In this document: one piece after another, positions 7,971-16,912 of the stretch
Numbering within the stretch: the stretch's first letter is position 1
How the letters are laid out: each line of letters opens with the position of its first letter
From: a candidate division FCPU426 bacterium
GTDB taxonomy: Bacteria > Oederibacteriota > JAAXVQ01 > JAUVAV01
Assembly: GCA_040756875.1 (NCBI GenBank)
Contig: JBFLYH010000002.1
Coordinates: 606,526-670,525, forward strand
Reading direction: 5' to 3'
DNA: 64,000 nt
Notes under the pieces: model-generated
Databases searched by the model: none
Told to the model about the DNA's origin: nothing
Seen by the model: only the letters and a program-made list of their open reading frames with translations
Program-made: the position numbers and the translations under genes

Positions 7971-8855
7971 TTATTTCTCTCTGGCGCTCATTTTTTCTTT
8001 TTTGGATTGGTACATTTTCCGGTCGGCTTCGCGCAAGGTTTCGGTGGCGTCGCCGCAAGGATTGCAGGTCGCGTGCCCGATGCTGAGCGACAAGGTGAAA
8101 TCCACGCCTTCAGGCGGGTGTTGATTCCATTCCTCGACGGCGCTTTTCAGGCGGTCGATTTGCTTGGTCACGCCGTCTTCATCTGATTTGATCATGACGA
8201 CCAGGAATTCGTCGCCGCCCATGCGGAAAACCCAGTCCGTTTTCCGGCAGGATTGCGTGATCAAGCGGGCGGCGGCGCTTATGATTTTGTCCCCGGTCAA
8301 ATGGCCCAGGCGGTCGTTGACGTCCTTGAGGTGGTCCAGATCGATCACCAGAAAAGCCAGGGACTCGTTGCGGCGCTCGGCGCGCGCGATCTCCTGCGGG
8401 ATGACCTCGTTGTAAAAATGCCGGTTGTACAGGCCGGTCAGCGGATCGCGGATGGCCATTTCGCGCAATTTCCTGGCCTTCTCGTTCAGGTGGAAAATGA
8501 CGGTGTTGATGTTTTCCCACAGTTCCCGCAGCGGGTCCCGGGTGGCCTGCTTGAACACCGGGCAGGAAAAGCAACTGCGGTACTTTTCGACAAAACTCCC
8601 GCTGGGTTTATCCTCGCACAGCGTGCCTGCGCTCAGCCAGCAGCGATGTCCCCGGTCGCCATGCATCGGGCAATCGGTCTTGGAGCAATCCATTATTTCC
8701 CAGCACGGCAGGGGCGTAAAAGCCTTTTCAACCTGGCTCCAGGCCTGTTCCTGGGACAGGGTTTCTATCGAATCCCGGAGGTATTTTTCCAGATCCCGGT
8801 TGATAAGTTCAATCGCCTTCAGGAGGTCCTGGTTTTGCGGCTGGTTTTCATCCAT
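7971..8855 (-). CDS. Diguanylate cyclase (GGDEF) with an N-terminal Cys-rich two-CW domain
   Basis: DPLTGLYN, DLDHLKDVND..GH, I-site RKTD, RMGGDEF. N-terminal CWEIMDC..CP..CWLSAGTLC..CFSC. Start uncertain (8855 or 8882). Confidence 0.9.
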   Translation of the reverse strand: MDENQPQNQDLLKAIELINRDLEKYLRDSIETLSQEQAWSQVEKAFTPLPCWEIMDCSKTDCPMHGDRGHRCWLSAGTLCEDKPSGSFVEKYRSCFSCPVFKQATRDPLRELWENINTVIFHLNEKARKLREMAIRDPLTGLYNRHFYNEVIPQEIARAERRNESLAFLVIDLDHLKDVNDRLGHLTGDKIISAAARLITQSCRKTDWVFRMGGDEFLVVMIKSDEDGVTKQIDRLKSAVEEWNQHPPEGVDFTLSLSIGHATCNPCGDATETLREADRKMYQSKKEKMSAREK

Positions 8856-8978
8856 GTTCGTCCGACTCTTTCCGCCTGGCATGCACCGTGATGATCTTAT
8901 TAGCGACAGGGGCACGATGGCCCTGAGCCGGCGCAACAACCCCCCGCCGCCATGCTGTCGGGATACACTCCGGCCTGC

Positions 8979-9113
8979 TAGCAGGGTGCTGAAAACCCAC
9001 ATAGATTCCGCTAGCACCCTGCTACCCCATGAAAAATCTCTGATTTTTCATGGGGTTTTCAATGCAACGCAATCGAAAAAGACCGCTCTGCGGGCTTATT
9101 CATCAGCCTGCTA
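8979..9113. repeat. Palindromic REP/MITE-like element between the GGDEF and wHTH genes
   Basis: TAGCAGGGTGCTGAAAA (8979-8995) pairs imperfectly with TATTCATCAGCCTGCTA (9097-9113) and, over 12 bp, perfectly with AGCACCCTGCTA (9013-9024). Internal perfect 15-bp hairpin ACCCCATGAAAAATC-tct-GATTTTTCATGGGGT (9024-9056). Confidence 0.6.
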
Positions 9114-9452
9114 CCGCATTCCGTGTTTGAGGAGTTGGCTCCAGATGATAAGTTTTCCCTGCTTGCTATTGTTGAACTGCATGAATTTTTCAATGGCGCG
9201 GGCTTGTTTGGGGGAAGGTTGATAGGCGTACACCGGGTCCTTGGCATCGCCCCATTGTTTCAGGATTTGCTTGGCATGCAGGTGGGTGAGCGGGGGTCGC
9301 AGGTCCTCGGCCCGCCGGCCCAGACGGCTGGCAATGCCTTCGGCGTTGTCCGTGATGCCGGGATTGTTAGAAAGAAAAACCAGAAGCTCCCACAGCAGGA
9401 GCGACTTGACGTGCTGTGCGATGAAATCTTCCAGTTCTTTGTCGGCTTTCAC
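9111..9452 (-). CDS. Small hypothetical protein, winged-helix-like
   Basis: GTG at 9452 preceded by GGAGG; LLVFLSNNP..DNAEGIASRLGR..L..L..IL..VYAY resembles a wHTH. Confidence 0.7.
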   Translation of the reverse strand: MKADKELEDFIAQHVKSLLLWELLVFLSNNPGITDNAEGIASRLGRRAEDLRPPLTHLHAKQILKQWGDAKDPVYAYQPSPKQARAIEKFMQFNNSKQGKLIIWSQLLKHGMR

Positions 9453-9591
9453 CGCTTGCCTCCAACCGCCCGGGTGTGAATCGAAAGGCGAACACTGACT
9501 ACCGTCGGAGAATCCGAGATATCGCAGAGTATAGCACAGGCCGCAGGGCGAGCCAACCGAAAACCTGAAATCGCCGGGTTTTTTAAGCTCT

Positions 9592-12471
9592 TTATGGCTG
9601 TTTTCGGCCCAGAAGCTTCGCCAGGTAGCGGCCGGTGTGCGAACGCGGCTCGCGGATGATTTCCTCCGGACGGCCGAACGCCACCACGCGCCCACCGGCT
9701 TCCCCGCCCTCGGGGCCGAGGTCCAACACATAATCCGCGGACTTGACCACGTCCAGGTTGTGCTCCACCACTACCACGGTATTGCCGCTTTCCACCAGGC
9801 GGCCGAGCACGTCCAGCAGCTTGTGCACGTCCGCGAAATGCAGGCCCGTGGTCGGCTCGTCCAGGATGTAGAGCGTGCGCCCCGTGGCCCGCTTGCCGAG
9901 CTCGGCCGACAGCTTGAGACGCTGGGCCTCGCCGCCGGAAAGCGTGGTGGCGGACTGCCCCAGTTTGATGTACCCCAGCCCCACGTCCGACACGGTCTGC
10001 AAAATACGCTTCAGACGCGGCACGGGCGCGAAAAATTCCAGCGCCTCGTCCACGATCAGGTCCAGCACCTCGGCGATGGTTTTGCCTTTATAGCGCACTT
10101 CCAGGGTCTCGCGGTTGTAGCGTTGGCCCCGGCAGACCTCGCACGGCACGTACACGTCGGACAGGAAGTGCATTTCGATCTTGATGATGCCGTCCCCGCC
10201 GCAGGCTTCGCAGCGCCCGCCTTTGACGTTGAACGAGAACCGGCCGGGCTTATAGCCCCGCACCTTGGCTTCGGGCGTCAGGGCGAACAGGTCGCGGATC
10301 TCGTTGAAGGCGCCGGTGTACGTGGCGGGGTTGGACCGGGGGGTGCGGCCGATGGGCGACTGGTCGATGTTGATGATCTTGTCCAGGTGCTCGGCGCCCC
10401 GCAGGTCGTCGTACCCGGCGGGCTTGACCCGGCCGCGGTACACGGCATGCCGCATGGCCGGCTCCAGGGTCTCCTGCACCAGCGAGCTTTTGCCCGAACC
10501 GGACACGCCGGTGACGCAGATGAACGTGCCCAGGGGCAGGCGCACGTCCACGTGCTTCAGGTTGTTGGTGACCGCGCCGGTCAGGACGAGCTCGGTCCCC
10601 AGGCCGCTGCGGCGCTGCGCCGGCACGGGCACGGCCTGTTTGCCGGTGAGGTACTGCCCGGTCAGGGATTTGGGGTCCTGCATCACGTCCTGCGGCGTGC
10701 CCTGGGCCACGATCTCCCCGCCCCACACGCCCGCGCCCGGGCCCATGTCGATCAGATGGTCGGCCTGGCGCATGGTTTCCTCGTCGTGTTCGACCACCAG
10801 CACGGTGTTGCCCAGGTCGCGCAGCCGCTTGAGGGTGTCGAGCAGGCGCTGGTTGTCGCGCTGGTGCAGGCCGACGGAGGGTTCGTCCAGGATGTACAGC
10901 ACGCCGACCAGCGAAGAGCCGATCTGCGTGGCCAGGTGGATGCGCTGGGCTTCCCCGCCGGACAGCGTGCCCGTGGCGCGGTTCAGCGCGAGGTAGTCCA
11001 GTCCCACGTTGGACAGGAAGCCCAGGCGTTCCGAGACTTCCTTGACCACCTGGCGGGCGATGGCCGCTTCCCGCTCCGTAAGGCGGAGTCCGCGAAAGAA
11101 GGCGATGGCCGCGTCCACGGTCAGCTCGGTCACTTCGATGATGTTTTTGCCTTCGATCCTGACCGCGAGGCTCTCCGGCCGCAGCCGCCGGCCGCCGCAG
11201 GCTGTGCAGGTCTGCACGCGCATGAAGCGGCTGGAAATTTCCTCCCGGATGTACTCCGAATCCGTTTCCTGATAGATGCGCTGGGTGCGCGGCAGCACGC
11301 CTTCGAAAGTGCCCACGTAATTGTAAGAGGATTCGGACCCGCGGAAGCGGAACGGCATGCGCTCCTCGCCCGAGCCGTGAAGAATGATTTTCCGGTGCTC
11401 GGGCTTGAGGCGTTTCCAGGGCATATCCAGCGAGAACCCGTAGTGTTTGGCCACGGACTGCAGCATGGCCCGGTAGATGTAGGCCGTGGGCGAATTCCAG
11501 GGCAGGATCGCGCCCTCGTTGAGCGTTTGGTTGGGGTCCACCGCCAGGTCCGGGTCCACTTCCATCTTCACGCCCAGGCCCGTGCACTCCGGGCATGCGC
11601 CCTGGGGCGAGTTGAAGGAAAACATGCGGGGCGTGAGCTCCTCGAAGGACAGCCCGCAATGCGCGCAGGCGTACTTTTCGGAGAACACCAGGGTGGCCTG
11701 GTCGCGGGCCGCGCGGCTGTGGCTCTTTTTTCCGCCTCCCGGCGCGGCGGCGTCCAGGCGGTGGACCAGCACCGTGCCCTCGCCGCGCTTGAGCGCGGTT
11801 TCCAGCGAATCAGCCAGCCTTCGCGCGATATCCTTGCCGATCACCAGGCGGTCCACCACCACTTCAATGTCGTGCTTGCGCTGCTTGTCCAGTTTGAAGT
11901 CCTCGTCCAGGTCCCGCACCTCGCCGTCCACGCGTACGCGCACGAACCCTTCGCGCTTGAGCAGGTCGAACAGTTTGCGGTACTCGCCTTTGCGGCTCAT
12001 GACCACCGGAGCCAGGACGAGAATCCGCTCCTGGGCCGGGAGCGCCAGCACCTGGTCCACGATTTCCTGGACGGTCTGCCGCTGGATGGGCCGGCCGCAC
12101 TGGGGGCAGTGGGGGCGGCCGATACGTGCGAAGAGCAGGCGCAGGTGGTCGTAGATTTCGGTCACGGTCCCGACCGTGGAGCGGGGATTCTTGGACCCGC
12201 TCTTTTGCTGGATGGCGATGGCTGGCGACAGGCCTTCAATGGCGTCCACGTCGGGCTTTTCCATTTGCCCCAGGAACTGGCGGGCGTAGGCTGAAAGCGA
12301 CTCGACGTAGCGACGCTGCCCTTCGGCGTAGATGGTGTCGAAGGCAAGCGAGGATTTGCCCGACCCCGACAACCCGGTGATGACCACCAGCCGGTTGCGC
12401 GGAATGGACAGGCTCAGGTTCTTGAGATTGTGCTCGCGGGCGCCGGTAATGAGGATTTGGTCAAGGGCCAT
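9592..12471 (-). CDS. uvrA: Excinuclease ABC subunit A
   Basis: GAREHNLKN, two Walker A motifs ([16 protein letters not shown]), LSGGEAQR twice, zinc fingers. Confidence 0.99.
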   Translation of the reverse strand: MALDQILITGAREHNLKNLSLSIPRNRLVVITGLSGSGKSSLAFDTIYAEGQRRYVESLSAYARQFLGQMEKPDVDAIEGLSPAIAIQQKSGSKNPRSTVGTVTEIYDHLRLLFARIGRPHCPQCGRPIQRQTVQEIVDQVLALPAQERILVLAPVVMSRKGEYRKLFDLLKREGFVRVRVDGEVRDLDEDFKLDKQRKHDIEVVVDRLVIGKDIARRLADSLETALKRGEGTVLVHRLDAAAPGGGKKSHSRAARDQATLVFSEKYACAHCGLSFEELTPRMFSFNSPQGACPECTGLGVKMEVDPDLAVDPNQTLNEGAILPWNSPTAYIYRAMLQSVAKHYGFSLDMPWKRLKPEHRKIILHGSGEERMPFRFRGSESSYNYVGTFEGVLPRTQRIYQETDSEYIREEISSRFMRVQTCTACGGRRLRPESLAVRIEGKNIIEVTELTVDAAIAFFRGLRLTEREAAIARQVVKEVSERLGFLSNVGLDYLALNRATGTLSGGEAQRIHLATQIGSSLVGVLYILDEPSVGLHQRDNQRLLDTLKRLRDLGNTVLVVEHDEETMRQADHLIDMGPGAGVWGGEIVAQGTPQDVMQDPKSLTGQYLTGKQAVPVPAQRRSGLGTELVLTGAVTNNLKHVDVRLPLGTFICVTGVSGSGKSSLVQETLEPAMRHAVYRGRVKPAGYDDLRGAEHLDKIINIDQSPIGRTPRSNPATYTGAFNEIRDLFALTPEAKVRGYKPGRFSFNVKGGRCEACGGDGIIKIEMHFLSDVYVPCEVCRGQRYNRETLEVRYKGKTIAEVLDLIVDEALEFFAPVPRLKRILQTVSDVGLGYIKLGQSATTLSGGEAQRLKLSAELGKRATGRTLYILDEPTTGLHFADVHKLLDVLGRLVESGNTVVVVEHNLDVVKSADYVLDLGPEGGEAGGRVVAFGRPEEIIREPRSHTGRYLAKLLGRKQP

Positions 12472-12573
12472 GGGAGTTCCTTTTTCAAATAATGAAGGAA
12501 AGGGGATAGCTTAGCACATCGCCAACTGGGCTTGTCAAGCGGACCCGGGCCAGACTATCAGGGATGCTGATTG

Positions 12574-12603
12574 TGTAGGGGCGTTCAATTGAACGCCCCT
12601 ACA
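12574..12603. repeat. GTAG-family REP palindrome
   Basis: TGTAGGGGCGTTCAATTGAACGCCCCTACA is a perfect 30-bp palindrome with GTAG ends. Confidence 0.85.
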
Positions 12604-12616
12604 GGCAGTCATCTTT

Positions 12617-13756
12617 TCAGGGGGCCACAGGCCAACGGGCCCGGTAGCGCCCGTCCAGCCAGCGTTTGAGCCTGGCCGCCCAGCGGCCGGCCAGGGCCGC
12701 GTGCGGCAGCGCGAGCAGGGCTTCGCTCTTTCCCAGTGAAACCAGTTGGCAGCCGCGATAAGGCCCTTGGAACCGCCGCTTCCCCTGGCGTCGCAGGCTG
12801 GCCAGGAGGTTCGCGGCCAGGACCGGGCCCTGGGCCCGGGCCAGGCTGCCGCTGCGCAGGGAGCGGGTTCCGGAAACCGTGGCGCAATCGCCGGTCGCGA
12901 ACACGCCTGGGTGCCGGTTGACCTCCAGGGTCCGGTCCACGGCCAGGGCGCCGTACTCGTCGGACGGCAGGCCGGATTTTCCCAGCCAGTCGTCGCAACG
13001 GCCTCCTGTGGCCACCACAGCCAGATCAAAAGGGACGGTCTCTCCGCGTTCCAGCACGAGCCGGTTCGACTGGATGTGCTGAACCGCGGCGCCTGTGCGC
13101 ACCACGACGTCGTGCGCGATCAGGGCGCGGAAGGCCAGCCGGCCGGCGGCCGGGGCCAGATTGGGCAGCACCCGATCGCGGCGCTCCACCAGCGTCAGCT
13201 TCCAGCCTTCGCTGGGCGCACGCTCGGCCATCAGCTGGGCGGCATTGACCGCGTATTCCACGCCCGACGGCCCGGCGCCCACGACCGCAAGCTCCAGCCG
13301 CCGCTGTGGGAACAGCTCCAGGAACGTCTCAATTTCATTGCGGATCTCGAGCACTTTGTACACGGGAAAGACCGGGAAACTGCCCTCGGCCGGAACATCG
13401 CGCTCCAGCTCCTGCGATATAGACCCCACGGCCAGGGCGATCAGATCAAAATCCAGCACCCGGCCGGACCGGGTCAGCAGTTTTTTCTGCTGCGGAAGCA
13501 GGGACACGGCCTCGTCCTGCACGAAATCCGCGCCCTGGCGGCGGCACAGTTCCTTCAAGTCGACCTGGAAATCCTTGAGCCCGTATTCGCCGCCCAGGAC
13601 GCCGGCCGCGAAGTTCGGGAAAAACCAATGCGGATTCCGGTCCAGCAGGATGATGCGGCCGCCGCAGGCCCGCAGGGAGCGGCTGCGGGCCAGCACTTCG
13701 AGGTGGGCATGACCGGCGCCCACCAGCAGAATTTTAGTTTCAGACATCTCAGCCAT
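12617..13756 (-). CDS. FAD-dependent pyridine nucleotide-disulfide oxidoreductase (NDH-2 / SelD-associated type)
   Basis: LLVGAGHAH, VVGAGPSGVE, VFATGDCA motifs; overlaps the mnmA stop. Confidence 0.85.
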   Translation of the reverse strand: MAEMSETKILLVGAGHAHLEVLARSRSLRACGGRIILLDRNPHWFFPNFAAGVLGGEYGLKDFQVDLKELCRRQGADFVQDEAVSLLPQQKKLLTRSGRVLDFDLIALAVGSISQELERDVPAEGSFPVFPVYKVLEIRNEIETFLELFPQRRLELAVVGAGPSGVEYAVNAAQLMAERAPSEGWKLTLVERRDRVLPNLAPAAGRLAFRALIAHDVVVRTGAAVQHIQSNRLVLERGETVPFDLAVVATGGRCDDWLGKSGLPSDEYGALAVDRTLEVNRHPGVFATGDCATVSGTRSLRSGSLARAQGPVLAANLLASLRRQGKRRFQGPYRGCQLVSLGKSEALLALPHAALAGRWAARLKRWLDGRYRARWPVAP

Positions 13757-14924
13757 GAGTCTTGCCTGTCTCCTCCGCCACAATTTCGCCGCCGCCCAAC
13801 AGGCGGCCGCCGCGGTAGAAGGCCGCCACCTGCCCCGGGGTCACGGCCCTCACCGGCTGGCTGAAGCTGACCAGGCAGTCCGCGTCTCCCTGCCGGCGGA
13901 CGCGGGCAGGAACCGGGCGCTGCCGGTACCGGATCATGACGTCCATTTCCTCGTCCTCCCGCGCGGCCCTGTCCGGCTCGGCCAGCCAGTTGACGCGGCC
14001 CACCCGCAAGGTGCGCGTCCACAGGGCCTCGTCCGGCCCTACGATCACGCGGTTGCGGCCGGGGTCCAGGCTGACCACGTACAGAGGGTGCGGCGCGGCC
14101 ACGCCCAGCCCCCGGCGCTGCCCGATGGTGTAATGGGGCAAGCCCTGGTGCTCGCCCAGCACGCGGCCTTCGAGATCCACGATGTCACCGGGCACAAACG
14201 CCCCGGGGGCGCGCTGGTGAAGAAAATCGGCGTAGGCATGTTCGCGCAAGAAACATATTTCCGTGCTCGTGGCCTGCCCGGCGGACGCGGTCAGTTCCCG
14301 CTTGCGCTGCCGGCACAAGGGAAACCGCACCTGCTCAAACCGCGCATGTGGCACCAGCGACAGGAAGTAGGTCTGGTCCTTGGTCTCGTCGAGCGCCCGC
14401 AGGACGCGCGGCCTGTCGGGCCCGTTTTCCAGGCAGGCGTAGTGGCCGGTGGCCAGGCCGTCGGCGCCCAGGTCCCTGGCCCGGTCGAGAAGCAGGCCGA
14501 ATTTGATCTCCCGGTTGCAGAGGGCGCAGGGGTTGGGTGTAAGTCCCCGGCTGAACCCAGCCACAAACGGCCCGATCACCCGCGCCTCGAATTCAGGCCG
14601 CAGGTCGAGCAGATGGTGCTCCACGCCCAGGCGCTTCGCGGCCTCCACGCCGTCCACGCAGGCGCAGGGCGACGCGAAGCCGACCGTAGGAAGTCCCCTG
14701 GGGATAGTCCCATATCCATCCGGTCGGGGAGCAACGCACTGGCTGCAGCCGTGTTCTGGCAAACCGGCTTGGGCTCGGGCCTGAGTTCGGGAGGTTGGCG
14801 CCAACTCGGACAGGTCCGGGCACAATTGCATGGTGAGTCCGAATACTTCATGGCCTTCGGCCAAAAGCTGCCTGGCCGCGGCCGTGGAATCCACGCCGCC
14901 CGAGAGAGCCACTGCCATGCGCAT
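13749..14924 (-). CDS. mnmA: tRNA 2-thiouridine(34) synthase
   Basis: SGGVDS PP-loop, TPNPCALCN, ATGHYA, KDQTYFL, YTIGQRRGLG, AVTPGQ. Confidence 0.96.
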   Translation of the reverse strand: MRMAVALSGGVDSTAAARQLLAEGHEVFGLTMQLCPDLSELAPTSRTQARAQAGLPEHGCSQCVAPRPDGYGTIPRGLPTVGFASPCACVDGVEAAKRLGVEHHLLDLRPEFEARVIGPFVAGFSRGLTPNPCALCNREIKFGLLLDRARDLGADGLATGHYACLENGPDRPRVLRALDETKDQTYFLSLVPHARFEQVRFPLCRQRKRELTASAGQATSTEICFLREHAYADFLHQRAPGAFVPGDIVDLEGRVLGEHQGLPHYTIGQRRGLGVAAPHPLYVVSLDPGRNRVIVGPDEALWTRTLRVGRVNWLAEPDRAAREDEEMDVMIRYRQRPVPARVRRQGDADCLVSFSQPVRAVTPGQVAAFYRGGRLLGGGEIVAEETGKTHG

Positions 14925-14959
14925 ACAGCCAAAGCGTTCCTTTCTTAGGATCGGTTCCA

Positions 14960-15106
14960 GTAGGGGCGTTCAAGTGGAGTGACCCCCCGGACAAAAATCC
15001 GGGGCTCCCTCCCTCCGCAAAACAATCCCGCAATCCTCTCCCCGGCCAGCGGTCCCTTCGGGAGCTGAAGCCCGGGGATTCTTGCGGAGGGATTGAACGC
15101 CCCTAC
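14960..15106. repeat. GTAG REP split by nested palindromic inserts
   Basis: GTAGGGGCGTTCAA (14960-14973) and TTGAACGCCCCTAC (15093-15106) are the two arms of the 12574 REP, separated by 119 bp containing further hairpins. Confidence 0.8.
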
Positions 15107-15196
15107 CAATTCGAAAGCAGGGTCGTGGCGGATTAAGGTCTGGGCGTGGGCATTATAGCGCAGGAAGGAAGGTGAGCAAGGTAAAAGATGGGCGGA

Positions 15197-16912
15197 TCAA
15201 GGCTGGGCTGGGGCGAGGTCCTTCAGCGCGGTTTCGATCTCCAGCGCTTCGAATCCGTAAGCCGGCTGCAGGCGTTTGGCCTGGGTATAATTATACCGAG
15301 CCTCGTCCATCCGCCCCATCCGCCGCAGCGCCCGGGCGGCCAGGAGATGGGCTTGGTAATCCAGGGGGTTCAGGGGCTGGATTTCCTGCAAATGCATCAG
15401 GGCGTCGCGCAGGCGGCCGCGACGGAGCATTTGTTCTGCCGCCTGTTTTCCCTGCAGATACGCCAGATATTTGGCATAGCCGCCGTTGGGCAACAGCCGG
15501 TCTTCCGGAACCGGCGGTTCAGCGGGCGCGGTTGCGAAGGAGTCCAAGTCAAAGGGCACGAAACTGCCCAGCTGATGCGGTGCCGCCGCCACCCAGAGCC
15601 GGCCGCGGCTCAGGTCCAGCATCACGGCCTGCACGGCGGTCAGGGAATTGACAGCCGACCGGTTGCCCAGTCCCAGGCGGCCGCCATAGACCGCCTGGCG
15701 GTCGCGTAGAATCCCCGCCAGGACCGGGGCGTCCACCGGCCGGTCAGTGGTTGCCAGGAGGTATTCCAGGCGTTTCAACCGGAGCCGCGCCGAGCGCGGC
15801 AAGGTTCCGCCGTTTCCCTGAGCGCGGAGCGCCTCGCGGACGAAAATCCGGGGCTCTTTCCCTCCGCCCGGCGCATTTTGCAAATCCTTTCCCGGGGTTT
15901 TCACCCGGGAGGTGCTGTCGAAGGATTGAAAGGCCTGCGTCGCCAGGATCATACGCTGGCTCAGGGGGCGGACCACGGTCTGCTCCGGCCCCTTTTCCAC
16001 GGCCACCGCGCGGTTTTCAGAGCCGCAGCCGACCAGAAAGGTTTGCGGAGCCAAGACCGGCGTGCGTTGGATGAGGTCCACGGCCTCGTCCAGCCGGCTG
16101 GTTTCGGCAAGTACACGCCGCGCCAGCATGCCGGCAGCCAGGCCGCCGTTGGCCCGGCCCGCCTTCAAGCCAGGCAGCACGCATACGCCCACTCCGGCTT
16201 CGTTGATGCCCGCCAGCGTGCCCCATTGTCCGGGCCGGAGCAAACATAAAAACCGCCGGCCAACCGCCGGGTTGAACAGGACCACGGCTTTGCGTTCGTC
16301 CCACTCCCGGCCTTCCGGCCATTCCCAGGCCATGGCCAGCCATAACGGTTGCTGGGTGTGCCCTGCCAAAACGCAGCCCACGGCGCTGGGGCTTGTCGCC
16401 ACGGCCCCCCGGGGGATCAAATCATAGTCGAACTGCGAAACCAGGGCGCGTGCGCGGCTCCGCGGGCCAAGCCCGGCCTGGATTTGCCCGGCGACCTCGC
16501 GTTGGACTTCCTCCGGAACGTTCAGCAGGCTGGACAGATGGCGCCAGGCCAGCCAGCGCCATTGCAGCCAGCCGGGCGCCAGCGGATGGGCCGGCAAAAG
16601 GTTGTCCTGGGTTTGGGGGAAAAACCGCGCCAGGGCCCAACCGCGCAATTCCGGTTCGCCCTCCAGATAACACGCGGTCAGAGGCCCGCGCCTGAAGGCA
16701 TAGCATGGGCCCAGGCTGATCCGCCCCGAAGGGTCCGAGGTCAGGGCAGGCGGAGCCAGCGCCCGGGCGGGCAGCGGCGGGAGCAACAGGCAATCGCTGA
16801 TCACCCACACGGCCGCCACCCAGCCGGGCAGCAGCCAGAGCAGGTGCCAAAACAACGGCCGCCTGGGCTGGCGGCCAATGGGAAGCGCGGGTTGGGTACG
16901 GACGGTCTTCAT
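15197..16912 (-). CDS. Peptidase C45 / Ntn-hydrolase-like membrane-anchored protein with C-terminal TPR (motifs degenerate)
   Basis: N-terminal TM; LEGEPELRG, LAGINEAGV, AVAVEKGP, ILRDR..LGLGNRSAVN, LWVAAAPHQLG; TPR-like helices at the C-terminus; ATGA overlap with the upstream gene. Confidence 0.72.
   Translation of the reverse strand: MKTVRTQPALPIGRQPRRPLFWHLLWLLPGWVAAVWVISDCLLLPPLPARALAPPALTSDPSGRISLGPCYAFRRGPLTACYLEGEPELRGWALARFFPQTQDNLLPAHPLAPGWLQWRWLAWRHLSSLLNVPEEVQREVAGQIQAGLGPRSRARALVSQFDYDLIPRGAVATSPSAVGCVLAGHTQQPLWLAMAWEWPEGREWDERKAVVLFNPAVGRRFLCLLRPGQWGTLAGINEAGVGVCVLPGLKAGRANGGLAAGMLARRVLAETSRLDEAVDLIQRTPVLAPQTFLVGCGSENRAVAVEKGPEQTVVRPLSQRMILATQAFQSFDSTSRVKTPGKDLQNAPGGGKEPRIFVREALRAQGNGGTLPRSARLRLKRLEYLLATTDRPVDAPVLAGILRDRQAVYGGRLGLGNRSAVNSLTAVQAVMLDLSRGRLWVAAAPHQLGSFVPFDLDSFATAPAEPPVPEDRLLPNGGYAKYLAYLQGKQAAEQMLRRGRLRDALMHLQEIQPLNPLDYQAHLLAARALRRMGRMDEARYNYTQAKRLQPAYGFEALEIETALKDLAPAQP

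Noticed and set aside
9637-12294. Long plus-strand ORFs (for example 786-2741, 9637-12294, 43284-45185, 46360-48072)
   Set aside because: Antisense shadows of well-supported minus-strand genes, expected from GC-rich codon bias; no recognisable motifs.
12617-13756. Selenophosphate synthetase (selD) or a selenium system next to mnmA
   Set aside because: Only the oxidoreductase domain is present; no SelD domain or in-frame Sec UGA was seen.
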